Part shown: positions 8,991 through 18,101 of the stretch, one piece after another | Layout: every line of letters starts with the position of its first letter | Numbering within the stretch: position 1 is the stretch's first letter | Source of the DNA: Nematocida ausubeli | Lineage: Eukaryota | NCBI RefSeq assembly: GCF_000738915.1 | Contig: NW_026515634.1 | Location: 124,001-188,000 of the forward strand | Length of the DNA: 64,000 nt | Direction of reading: 5' to 3' | Notes under the pieces: generated by a model | Told to the model about the DNA's origin: nothing | The model's input: the letters and a program-made list of their open reading frames with translations, nothing else | Databases searched by the model: none | Translations under genes and position numbers: made by a program

Positions 8991-11708
8991 ATGACAAACA
9001 AGAGAATCGAAACTCTAAAAGATGTGGTGGATAAGCCAAGCCTCCACGAGGCAGACCACATAATTCTTTTCAATCTTATCTTCCAGATCTGCATGGCTCT
9101 TGCAGTGCTTTCTGTATTTATTGTGTGCCGCAAGAAGCTGCCCTGGATATATGCCACAAATCCAAAGAGATGCAAGCAGCACCCAGCTGCGAAGTACAGC
9201 GGATACTTCAACTGGATAGTTCCTATTTTCACCATCCCAGACACAGTGCTCTTTGAGCTTATAGGCTTTGACGCTTTTCTCTTCATTGAGACGCTAAAGC
9301 TTCTTGGCATTATTTTCCTGTTTCTCTCAATTGTCCTTATGCCAGGCCTTGGGGCGTACTACTACTTTTTTGCAAAAAGCAAGCACCCACTGCAGTTTAT
9401 CACAAAGGTTTCACTGCTCTCCCTGCCAACAAATCCGCGCTATGCAAACTGCCTCATCCCATGCATTTCCATTTGGCTCATAACTATGATAATTATCTAC
9501 TTCATGTACACGTTTTATCGGAAGTATGTTATTCTTCGGCAGCTGCATATAAGAAGCAGGGTCTTCTCTAGATCCACCATGTCGATCAAAAGGTACCTGA
9601 ACGAGATAAGCTCCCTAGGCGCAGCAATCAGCGAGATAAACATAAGCTCGCAGACCGTTTTCATTAACAACCTCCCTGCAAGCATCCAGCATAAGGCAGA
9701 CCTGATTAGATACATGAAAGTGCTTGGTGTGGAGGCAGAGCCCATAAACGCGCACGTGGTGACAGACACAAAGGCCCTGGAGAATCTCATAAACAAGAAA
9801 AAGAATGCCATTCTGCTTCTTGAGGAAGAGCTGCAGAGGTTCTTAATAGGCCTGAATATTGCATCTTTGAGCACGGAGTTCTTCGTGCAAAACCTTCGCA
9901 ACTACGACAGGTCCTTAGACCTCATTTCCAACGCCATTACATGGCACAAGAAAAATGTGTCAAAAAAAGAGTTTATGGAGAGCGAGATGCACACTCTTAT
10001 GGAAAATGCCCTCAGCGGGAAGTTTTTCGATATTTTAGAGAAAGTGCAGAGGAGAAAGATAAATCTCAAAATATACGAATATGTGGAGCATATTAAGATC
10101 CTCACAGAAAAGATAGATGAAGAGAGAAGGAAGAGCATGAAGCAAAGCACAGAGGTATCTAGCGAGCAGACAGATTCTACGACAGAGCTGCACGACACAT
10201 ACAACTTCTACATGAATGGCTCTATTTTTATCACGGTTATGTCTCTCTTCTATATAAGGGACGCATACAACAACTTTATCAAAAGCATTCCCAGAAATAC
10301 ACACTGCGGCTTTGTGACGTTTAAAAACTCCTCGGATGCAAGCTCGCTAAGAATGATTCTCATTGGGTCGGGAGCATTCAGCTGCCATGCATCAGAGGCC
10401 CCTCCTGCCGATCAGGTCATCTGGTCGGTCCTCGTAGAGCCGCAGATCCACAGGGTTATAAGAAAGCTTGTTGGCACCATCCTGACCATTGTTTTTGTCA
10501 GCGTGTTTATTGTCATTGTCTTCTTTGTTTCCACCCTTATTAATATCTCAACGCTCTATGCAGTGGTGCGGATGATTAACCCGCAGCTGAATGCCATCAC
10601 AGGGACCTCAAAGTTCCGGAAGACCTTCCAGGGTATTATTGTGCCAACCGTGTATGCGCAGTTTCTATCCCTTGCGCCAATCATTCTGAAGTGGATCTGC
10701 CTCTTTGAAGGAAGCATCTCGCACATAGAGTTCCAAAAGAGCTTTGGAAGGAGGTACTCAATGTTTCTTTTTTTCAATGGATTTCTTGTAATTATATTTG
10801 GGTCAACAATAGCAAACCTTTTGAACAGCGCAAATGTGAGTTTTAACATCGTCAACCTGGTTTCCACCCCAATAGTTTCCTCCTCAATCTTTTTCCTTAA
10901 CTTGCTCATCCACAAGACCTTTGGAAGCCTTGCCTTTGAGCTTCTCGACATTTCTGCCCTCATACAGTGGGTAATCACGTACATTCTGGGGGGCGTGCAC
11001 ACATGCAGAGAGAAAACCCTGCAGTTTGACTCCAAGCCGATTAACTTTGGCATGCTCTACCCCCAGGTCTTCCTGCTCTTTCCAATGGTTCTGATATACT
11101 CCATCATCTGCCCGCTTTTCATGGCCCTGGGGTGCCTCTACTTCTTTGGAGCCTTCTTTGTGTTTAAGTATCTTTTTATATACTCGCATGCAAGCACCCT
11201 GGAGAGTGGCGGCGAGCACTGGCCCTCCCTGTTTGAGAATATCTTCTACTCCCTGACTGTGTTCCAGCTCCTCACGCTCATATACTTTGTCTCGCAGAAG
11301 CAGTACATTTCCATTGCCATAATACTCCCGCTCATCATTGTGACAGTCGGGATATGGCAGGGATTCACAGGCCTTATAAAGAAAAACTGCTACTACCTGC
11401 CGAAAAACGAGTCTGAGTTCAAGGAGAGCCAGCAGCTAATACAGGAGCTCTTCCAGGCCAGAAAAAAGGCTATTCTTAACTGGAAGGAGTCCTCCGCAGT
11501 AGAGAAGGACACATACTGTCTTTTTAAAGAGAAGGTGCTCGAGGACGGAGAGATCCCGTACGTCTACAAAGACCTTTCCTTTCTCCCATCTGCGTCCTTA
11601 GTCATCTTGCCAAAGTGGTTTATTATTACTCTTATGTATTTAAAGGAGAACGGAGACCCTGCTGTTTTTAATCTGTCACCTACATGGACGCAGCGGCTCG
11701 TTGGGTGA
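8991..11708 (+). CDS. OSCA/TMEM63/CSC1 family channel (Rsn1-like)
   Basis: Multi-TM protein; GFDAFLF, TVFINNLP, GFVTF, APPADQVIW, YSIICP, ESGGEHWP motifs; first ATG 8991. Confidence 0.9.
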   Translation: MTNKRIETLKDVVDKPSLHEADHIILFNLIFQICMALAVLSVFIVCRKKLPWIYATNPKRCKQHPAAKYSGYFNWIVPIFTIPDTVLFELIGFDAFLFIETLKLLGIIFLFLSIVLMPGLGAYYYFFAKSKHPLQFITKVSLLSLPTNPRYANCLIPCISIWLITMIIIYFMYTFYRKYVILRQLHIRSRVFSRSTMSIKRYLNEISSLGAAISEINISSQTVFINNLPASIQHKADLIRYMKVLGVEAEPINAHVVTDTKALENLINKKKNAILLLEEELQRFLIGLNIASLSTEFFVQNLRNYDRSLDLISNAITWHKKNVSKKEFMESEMHTLMENALSGKFFDILEKVQRRKINLKIYEYVEHIKILTEKIDEERRKSMKQSTEVSSEQTDSTTELHDTYNFYMNGSIFITVMSLFYIRDAYNNFIKSIPRNTHCGFVTFKNSSDASSLRMILIGSGAFSCHASEAPPADQVIWSVLVEPQIHRVIRKLVGTILTIVFVSVFIVIVFFVSTLINISTLYAVVRMINPQLNAITGTSKFRKTFQGIIVPTVYAQFLSLAPIILKWICLFEGSISHIEFQKSFGRRYSMFLFFNGFLVIIFGSTIANLLNSANVSFNIVNLVSTPIVSSSIFFLNLLIHKTFGSLAFELLDISALIQWVITYILGGVHTCREKTLQFDSKPINFGMLYPQVFLLFPMVLIYSIICPLFMALGCLYFFGAFFVFKYLFIYSHASTLESGGEHWPSLFENIFYSLTVFQLLTLIYFVSQKQYISIAIILPLIIVTVGIWQGFTGLIKKNCYYLPKNESEFKESQQLIQELFQARKKAILNWKESSAVEKDTYCLFKEKVLEDGEIPYVYKDLSFLPSASLVILPKWFIITLMYLKENGDPAVFNLSPTWTQRLVG

Positions 11709-12481
11709 GCAGCCATATAGCAGCATGCTTCTTCGCCAGCTGCAAATCCACTCTGTGTGTGCTTTGTCTGGAATCAGCGCTTTTTAGCAAATAAATTCAA
11801 AAAAAAGGACTACACTACTTCACTAATATAAAATGAAGACTTTTTCAAATCTGCTAATAATAAAATGTGCACTTCACACATAGTTTATTTAATTATATAA
11901 TCTCCAAAGAGCACAGAACAAAGTACCACTATGTACTATGCACTGGGCTCTATGAATTTCTCCAGTGCACTAAACCTTCTTTTATTTCACTCTACCCTAG
12001 CATAATTCCTGAAAGAGCCAGAATATAACACAAATGTACTTCTTTTAAAATCCAGTCTGTAGAAATAACAGTACACCACAAAAACAAACCTACACCACAA
12101 AATACTCTACTCTTCATAATCCAGCAGTTTGCCATTTATTTATTAATATACACACCCAGACTTCTTTGAATCTATGCCTCTAATAAGCTGTAAAACCAAA
12201 AAAGTCTCTTTTTATTCTTCTTTCACCCATATGCAAAAAGAAACCACCACTAGAATGAATATGCACACAAGAACAAATAAAAAAAGAATACTGCAGAGTG
12301 AAGAGTGTGCTTCCTGCATATTCCTAGAAGAAAAGCTTAGAATAAATATATACTCTAAATTCACGCAAGATGCTTTTCTTGAATCATTTTCATATGCACC
12401 AAGAAAGGAATGCACGCCGTATGCTTTGATGCCCCTTCTCTATACAAAGGCGCTGGGCTGGAAGGCCACAATATTCGGTGT

Positions 12482-12564
12482 GGTTTGATGGCCGAGCGGT
12501 CTAAGGCGTTCGACTTAAGATCGAGTCTCTATTTGAGGCGCGGGTTCGAATCCCGCTCAAACCA
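12482..12564 (+). tRNA. tRNA-Leu(TAA)
   Basis: Acceptor GGTTTGA/TCAAACC, D-arm TGGCCGAGCGGTCTAAGG, anticodon loop CT-TAA-GA, long variable arm, GGTTCGAATCC, downstream T-run terminator. Confidence 0.96.
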
Positions 12565-12597
12565 ATTTTTAACCACATCAGTTCATTTTTTTAAAAT

Positions 12598-14244
12598 ATG
12601 GCACGGAAAAGCAACAAGGAAAAGACACCGCCTTCTTCAGAGATCTCGCAGATTCTTCTGGAGGGAGAGGGACTTCTTAAAAATAGCTCGCCTCTTTTAA
12701 GCGAGACACCCATTCAGGATTTCAAGGGCGCGCCAGACAGTGGGCTTGATGGGTCTTTTCAGATCGAAGACAAAAGCTACCAATTCCCGCAAGATGATAC
12801 AAACAACTCCTTCTATGGGGACATTAAGAAAGGGCCCTTCCACAGCACAAAACCAATCAATAAAGATCTCACAGATAGGATTCTTTTCAAAGAGATTAAA
12901 TTTCCGGCCCCAGCCAGGCGAGGGCGCAGATACAGAAACGACCCAAATGTACCGCAGCTCGTTGACCCTGATGAAAGTCTGGACATAGGCACAGGATCGT
13001 TCCAAAGAAAGAGGCCCATTATAAATCAGGATAAAAACGAAGACCCTCAAAAAATTGGCGCACTGCTCAATGACGAAAATATGCCCACAGCAGACACCTC
13101 GTTTACCAAGTTTGTCGGATTTAAAACTGCAGAGGGCGCAGCCCTGCACGTCTCCGAGGAGTGCATGCACAAAGCACGGAGGAGCTTTGACTTTATGCAG
13201 AGTCGCTCCCTTACTCGCGCGCCCCCAAAGCCAAAGATCATTCTTCCCCGGGAGAGAGAAATCGCAGAGGCACATGCCATCTATAAAAGAGTAAAGCAGG
13301 AGATATTCCCACTGACAAGGTCTAAAGAGGAAGAGTACAGCCTGTTTGTGCTATTCCAATGGGCATGGATTTCTGTTCTTAGGCAGATAGAGAACATACG
13401 CAAGAGAGGCGGAGACTCCCAGGCAGCCGAAATTGAAAGAGTTGTAGTTGAAAAGGCCAAAGCCAAGTGGAGGGCAAACCCAAGGTCAGTGCTGCGGCGT
13501 ATTACAGAGCAGGACGAGCACGCATCTGTCTACATGAAGGTGCTCGTGATTGAGGGAGGCACATCCATAATCACCATAACAGATGGCCTGAATTTCATTA
13601 AGGCCCAGCTAGATTACGAGCTACAGCGGATTGCTAAGAGTATAAAAGAAGGGATGATTCTGCAGGTTGCGTGCTCCATCTATCTCCTGAACCATCCAGC
13701 CTCGATATACGAGGTGAATTTGAATGGAGCTGCAGTGATTGAGCTGCAGTATAATGGAGTGAAGCCATGCACATCCGGCCCACTTGGATACCAGAACACA
13801 TTTGGGTTCATTCGGTCTCTTAGCTCGATCAACCCGCAGGGTGGATACATCAACTGCCTGATGCTTAGAGTTACCAAGAAGATAGAGGTGCGGTATGTCA
13901 TTGATCTAAACGGGTCAAAGTCCAATATTGAAGAGGACCGCCTGGACAGCACTCTGGAAAGAATAGAAAGAAGCATAGACAAAATTTGCTTCTCAGAGGA
14001 GGAAAGAAACAACGCACTCAACTCGGTAAAGCTGCGAAAGTACACGCGCTACGAAGTGGTCTGCGACTACTCAAGTAACCACACCACAGCAATACTGTCT
14101 GTGTGGGAGGCTGCGTACAGTGACAATCCGCTAAAGCCCGACCAAAGGTACCTTTTCTTCATGCTGTCTCCCCCAAGGAAAACACAAACAACAGACATAA
14201 TTCTACTGACCACCACCATAATAAGCACGTTCAGGAAGATATGA
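12598..14244 (+). CDS. BRCA2: BRCA2/Brh2-like protein (one BRC repeat, OB-fold DNA-binding region)
   Basis: BRC-like FKTAEGAALHVSEECMHKARRSF; SVLRRITEQD and ITDGLNFIKAQLD resemble the BRCA2 helical/OB1 region; LSSINPQGG. Confidence 0.8.
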   Translation: MARKSNKEKTPPSSEISQILLEGEGLLKNSSPLLSETPIQDFKGAPDSGLDGSFQIEDKSYQFPQDDTNNSFYGDIKKGPFHSTKPINKDLTDRILFKEIKFPAPARRGRRYRNDPNVPQLVDPDESLDIGTGSFQRKRPIINQDKNEDPQKIGALLNDENMPTADTSFTKFVGFKTAEGAALHVSEECMHKARRSFDFMQSRSLTRAPPKPKIILPREREIAEAHAIYKRVKQEIFPLTRSKEEEYSLFVLFQWAWISVLRQIENIRKRGGDSQAAEIERVVVEKAKAKWRANPRSVLRRITEQDEHASVYMKVLVIEGGTSIITITDGLNFIKAQLDYELQRIAKSIKEGMILQVACSIYLLNHPASIYEVNLNGAAVIELQYNGVKPCTSGPLGYQNTFGFIRSLSSINPQGGYINCLMLRVTKKIEVRYVIDLNGSKSNIEEDRLDSTLERIERSIDKICFSEEERNNALNSVKLRKYTRYEVVCDYSSNHTTAILSVWEAAYSDNPLKPDQRYLFFMLSPPRKTQTTDIILLTTTIISTFRKI

Positions 14245-14660
14245 CAGTATGCAGCAAGTGCCTGCGTGCATGTATCCTGCACCCAGGGCCTCCTGCATGC
14301 ACTGTCGCCTGCACACTTGGAAAAAGTGTATAAGGCAGAGCTAGACACAGCATGAGCACTTTCTGCGCACGGTTTACAGGATAGCCACCGTAGCGTATGG
14401 GTTTATTAAGATGCTGCTGCATACATATTACGATAGAAAGACAGGAAAAGCCTCTGCTTGCTATGCGCACAGAGCTGCAGCAACACATGCATCTGCTATG
14501 CCTTTGCTTGAGTGGAAGGTATGTTGTATGCGGCTATATCTAAAATAAAGTTATCATGGCATGCGCCTTTTCTCTTTGTGGTCTGCTGGTGTGGCCTGCA
14601 CGTTAAATTCGTAGTAAGGGCACACCCGTTACTTTTTTATAGTTTTTTACATAAATAAAT

Positions 14661-14675
14661 TTATTTTTTATCCCC
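14661..14675 (+). promoter_or_regulatory. T-rich + CCCC initiation-like motif upstream of the snoRNA cluster
   Basis: TTATTTTTTATCCCC; similar motifs precede RPS9 (TTTTTTAATCCCC) and RPL21 (TTTTATTCCCCC) in this window. Confidence 0.5.
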
Positions 14676-14676
14676 T

Positions 14677-14742
14677 TGTGCGATGAGGATGACCAGTCAC
14701 GGCTAGAGTCTCTGATAATGATGAGTTGAAGGTCTGAGCACA
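14677..14742 (+). ncRNA. Box C/D snoRNA, snR78-like (LSU Um site)
   Basis: Terminal stem TGTGC/GCACA; C-like ATGAGGA 14683; D' CTGA 14712; C' ATGATGA 14718; D CTGA 14734; guide CTAGAGTC complementary to conserved LSU GACUCUAG. Confidence 0.8.
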
Positions 14743-14758
14743 TTCTAAGTAATATCTT

Positions 14759-14840
14759 AAATAGCATAAAATGATGGTATTAGATGACGAGTATGAGTAG
14801 TCACATGATTATAACTATAAACAGACTGATTATGCTATTT
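14759..14840 (+). ncRNA. Box C/D snoRNA, snR75-like (LSU Gm site)
   Basis: 11-bp terminal stem AAATAGCATAA/TTATGCTATTT; C-like ATGATGG; guide ATTAGATGACGAG complementary to conserved LSU CUCGUCAUCUAAU; D' ATGA 14793; D CTGA 14826. Confidence 0.85.
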
Positions 14841-14850
14841 TTAAAACCAT

Positions 14851-14912
14851 GCGTGTGATGATACTATTTTCACGACGGTCGTCTGACTTGTGATGATTTT
14901 CCTATCTGACGC
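14851..14912 (+). ncRNA. Box C/D snoRNA, snR73/U35-like (LSU Cm site)
   Basis: Short stem GCG/CGC; C GTGATGA 14855; guide TTTCACGACGGTC pairs with conserved LSU GACCGUCGUGAGA (one G-U); D' CTGA 14883; C' GTGATGA 14890; D CTGA 14906. Confidence 0.88.
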
Positions 14913-15626
14913 CTTTTACTATAACAACCTGGTACAAACAATACAGAAATTCAAATATTTCTGTACTTCATTCTTGTGTACTTCCTGGCCTGAAAGAGAG
15001 GCATAGTCTATAAAAACAGTAGTGTTGTGTTTGGGCACACATAATCTGAGGGCATGTCTAAGGAAAGTTGTATGTTTGATAGGAAGGCTATATTCAGGCT
15101 TTACAGAAGGTATATTTAGAGAAAACTGTAAGCTAGACTGCGGATATAACTGCCATATTGAATAGCTGTTCTCTATCTGCATTCTTGTCACCTTAATAAA
15201 CCATGCACTGCGGCGAGCCTTTTACACCTGCATCCATGCCATTATTCACTTAGCTGGCATTTAATTAATCTGCTGAACCAATACTATACACAGCACCCTT
15301 TCTATGTATATACATATTAGTTTCTATCTATGGAGGTCTAGGGAAAGAACATTTTCTATGAGATAATAATTTATTTATGTGTTTATATGGATGTGTATCT
15401 ACATGCTAGCCCGGGGTTGGAATAAAATGCATGCCTTGTGCATTAGATATGAGCCTGCCCACAGATACTTTTTAATTATTTATATAGTATAATATGCGAA
15501 GAGCTTATTGTTTTTTAATTATGTGGATAAGACGTCTTTGTTTGTTTGGACATGTGAATTTATCAGTAATTTTGGCATACAAACAGATCGCTTGCTGTAT
15601 ATAAGGAGAATGCATTTTGAAAACTA

Positions 15627-17174
15627 ATGAAGACCACGCAGATTCAGAAGATACTATTTACAGCTGCATGCTTTGCTGCAGGTAGATGTTCCGCTAGCTA
15701 CTTTGATTTCAAAAGCAGCGATGCTTATCCCGACCCAAACATGCTTTTGGATGGAAGCTTCGAGCTCGATAATTTTGACACGCCTATAGCTTTTGAAAAC
15801 CCAAAATCGGCAAAATCTCTGAGCACTCTTTCTAAAAGTATAGTCTTGCTAAATCAAGATGCCACAGACTGCATGTACGATTCAGTAAATGAGTGCATGG
15901 AGCTCCTAAAGAAATACATTTGTAAATTTAAGAAGTCATCCAGTATTGATTTCTCTTTCAATGAGGCATTCCCAGAGGAGATTGATCTTGCTTCACTTGC
16001 AGTCTACCTTAATACTACGACTCTGTTTGCAGTAACAGAAGAGAGCAAAACAAGCCTTATGAATGCCATACTTGATTTTGACTACTACAAAATAGAAAGT
16101 GAGCTCAGAAGCATATACATTTCCCTTGTAAATAGCGAGCATTACAACATGAATTTTTTGGAGTGCAATTTGGAAAACACAAAAAAAATCAGACATGCCA
16201 CAATCATGCCTATGTTCTACATATCCAAAAATAGCTTAGGGAAATGCGAAAGTAGTAAAATTGAGTGTATTGAAAAGGAGGAACAGGCCATTAAGAAAGC
16301 TGCTAGTCTGATGGGTGCAAGTGGAAAAAGCAAAAAAAATAGCGAAGGCTCAATGAATGGAGTCTTCCAAATTGCAGACCATCTTGAAATATCCAAACCC
16401 GCAGACAATGCTAAAACAACTCCTAGCTTCTACGGATTTTTAAAGAACCTATTCCATATAAAAAGGAAAAGAAACTTAGTGAAAATGCAAAAGGAAGAAC
16501 TATACAAAACATATAAACCTGTAGGAATTATGGGCGGGCGCACAGTTGGAGTCATTGTAAAGAAAGGAGAGTGCTCGTTCAAGAAGTGGCAGAACGAAGT
16601 TACTAATATGTCAACAGACTCAACCATCCCCAGCCAGGTGAGCTCTGGGTGCCTCAAAAGAATCCCTTGGGCATATCTTGATGCAAGAATCTTTGCAAAC
16701 ACAGACCTTAAGTTTGACCTGCAGGTAGTTTCTAAGATAGTATCTAGCTTGACAAAAGATAATTTCTTAATAATGGAAGACGAGTTAGCATTCTTTGTGC
16801 TGCAGCTCAATAAGTACTCACCAATACTCAAGCTATACTTGGATTGCTTAAACAATATAATTAAAAAATATGTAGGTGTATTGGAGAAGAAGCACAAGAG
16901 TGCCACATGGATCAAAGCCCGGGTATACAACATAGTCATTGAGTATGTCAAGGGAGGCCTGTCGCTGCCTCTTATCAAATACAACTTGGAGCAAATTATA
17001 TGTGACATGATTATGAATCTTGAAAGAAGCAGAACACTTACTTCTATGGATGCACTCAAAATTGTATTACAATTAGAGAAAGGCAACCCAAAGACTATGA
17101 AAACTACTTCTTCATGGGATATATACAGGAAAAAGCCATGTACTGTTCCTTTCTTACTGCAGCATCTTATCTAA
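15627..17174 (+). CDS. Orphan secreted protein (signal peptide)
   Basis: 515 aa ORF; MKTTQIQKILFTAACFAAGRCSA signal-like N-terminus; no recognised domain. Confidence 0.8.
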   Translation: MKTTQIQKILFTAACFAAGRCSASYFDFKSSDAYPDPNMLLDGSFELDNFDTPIAFENPKSAKSLSTLSKSIVLLNQDATDCMYDSVNECMELLKKYICKFKKSSSIDFSFNEAFPEEIDLASLAVYLNTTTLFAVTEESKTSLMNAILDFDYYKIESELRSIYISLVNSEHYNMNFLECNLENTKKIRHATIMPMFYISKNSLGKCESSKIECIEKEEQAIKKAASLMGASGKSKKNSEGSMNGVFQIADHLEISKPADNAKTTPSFYGFLKNLFHIKRKRNLVKMQKEELYKTYKPVGIMGGRTVGVIVKKGECSFKKWQNEVTNMSTDSTIPSQVSSGCLKRIPWAYLDARIFANTDLKFDLQVVSKIVSSLTKDNFLIMEDELAFFVLQLNKYSPILKLYLDCLNNIIKKYVGVLEKKHKSATWIKARVYNIVIEYVKGGLSLPLIKYNLEQIICDMIMNLERSRTLTSMDALKIVLQLEKGNPKTMKTTSSWDIYRKKPCTVPFLLQHLI

Positions 17175-18101
17175 CAGAAGATTGCAATGCAATATAATGC
17201 ACATCATATAAAATAAATATGCTTCATATATATCTATATTTTTTAGTGTACGCCCTGGGCAGAGCATCTCTTTTCTTCAATGTACATTTATAGAATATAT
17301 TTGTAGGAAAGACTGTAATAGTTTGGAGAGGTCTATATAGAGGGATGGGCGATACCAGCTTTCCAGCATGTGTTATATGCGAGAGGCCTTCTGTTTTGAG
17401 TGTGATTGGTACCACTTGGTGTTATTTGCATTTCAGCACCATATATTTTACATCCCATGCCTCGGTGTGAAAATAGTGTTCTGCGCGCCTGCTGCTAAGC
17501 CAGCTCTAAAACCTTAGAATAGAGCATAGTCCGCATGCTAGGCAGTCTCTGGCAGCATATGTGTATAGCCATCTATGCGAATTTGCAGACAGAAGTAAAT
17601 ATATGTTTAAAACCCAAGCGAATGCATATAAAGCTTCTTTATTTAAATATCCGGGTTGAATGGGTGGCTATTTGCAAGATAGAATATTTTCCTGCTTTGG
17701 AGACTAAACACCATGCAGGACTGTGCATTTTCCCTTCTACTATTTAAACATCTGTCAATGCCTCCGCGCAGAGGTTCTTGCAGTAGCAAGAGTGTATGTG
17801 CTATTGGAAAAGAAGAAAGCCTAGTGTTTACTAACTAGCAAAACATTATCTAGCTAAGTATACCCCGAATGCTATATGGAGGCTGTGTTTTGTGAATTAT
17901 TTTATTTTTAATTTATAGACTACTATGGCAGTCTGTAATTTACATAGTGTTTGTTTATGTATTTTCATTTGGCATGTCACAAAACAAATAAAGTGATAGA
18001 TGAAAGTAAACAAATCCAAAATAAAGACAGTGATATAGTGGGTTTATTTGTTTATCGATCAGAAAAGAAAGATATAAATACCCAAGAGTTCTAGCAGAAA
18101 C

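Noticed and set aside
14247..14424. RNase MRP/P or SRP RNA identity for the structured element
   Set aside because: Minus-strand GAAAGUGC/GCACUU lacks the bulged-U P4 geometry and CR-V consensus; no SRP helix-8 motif seen
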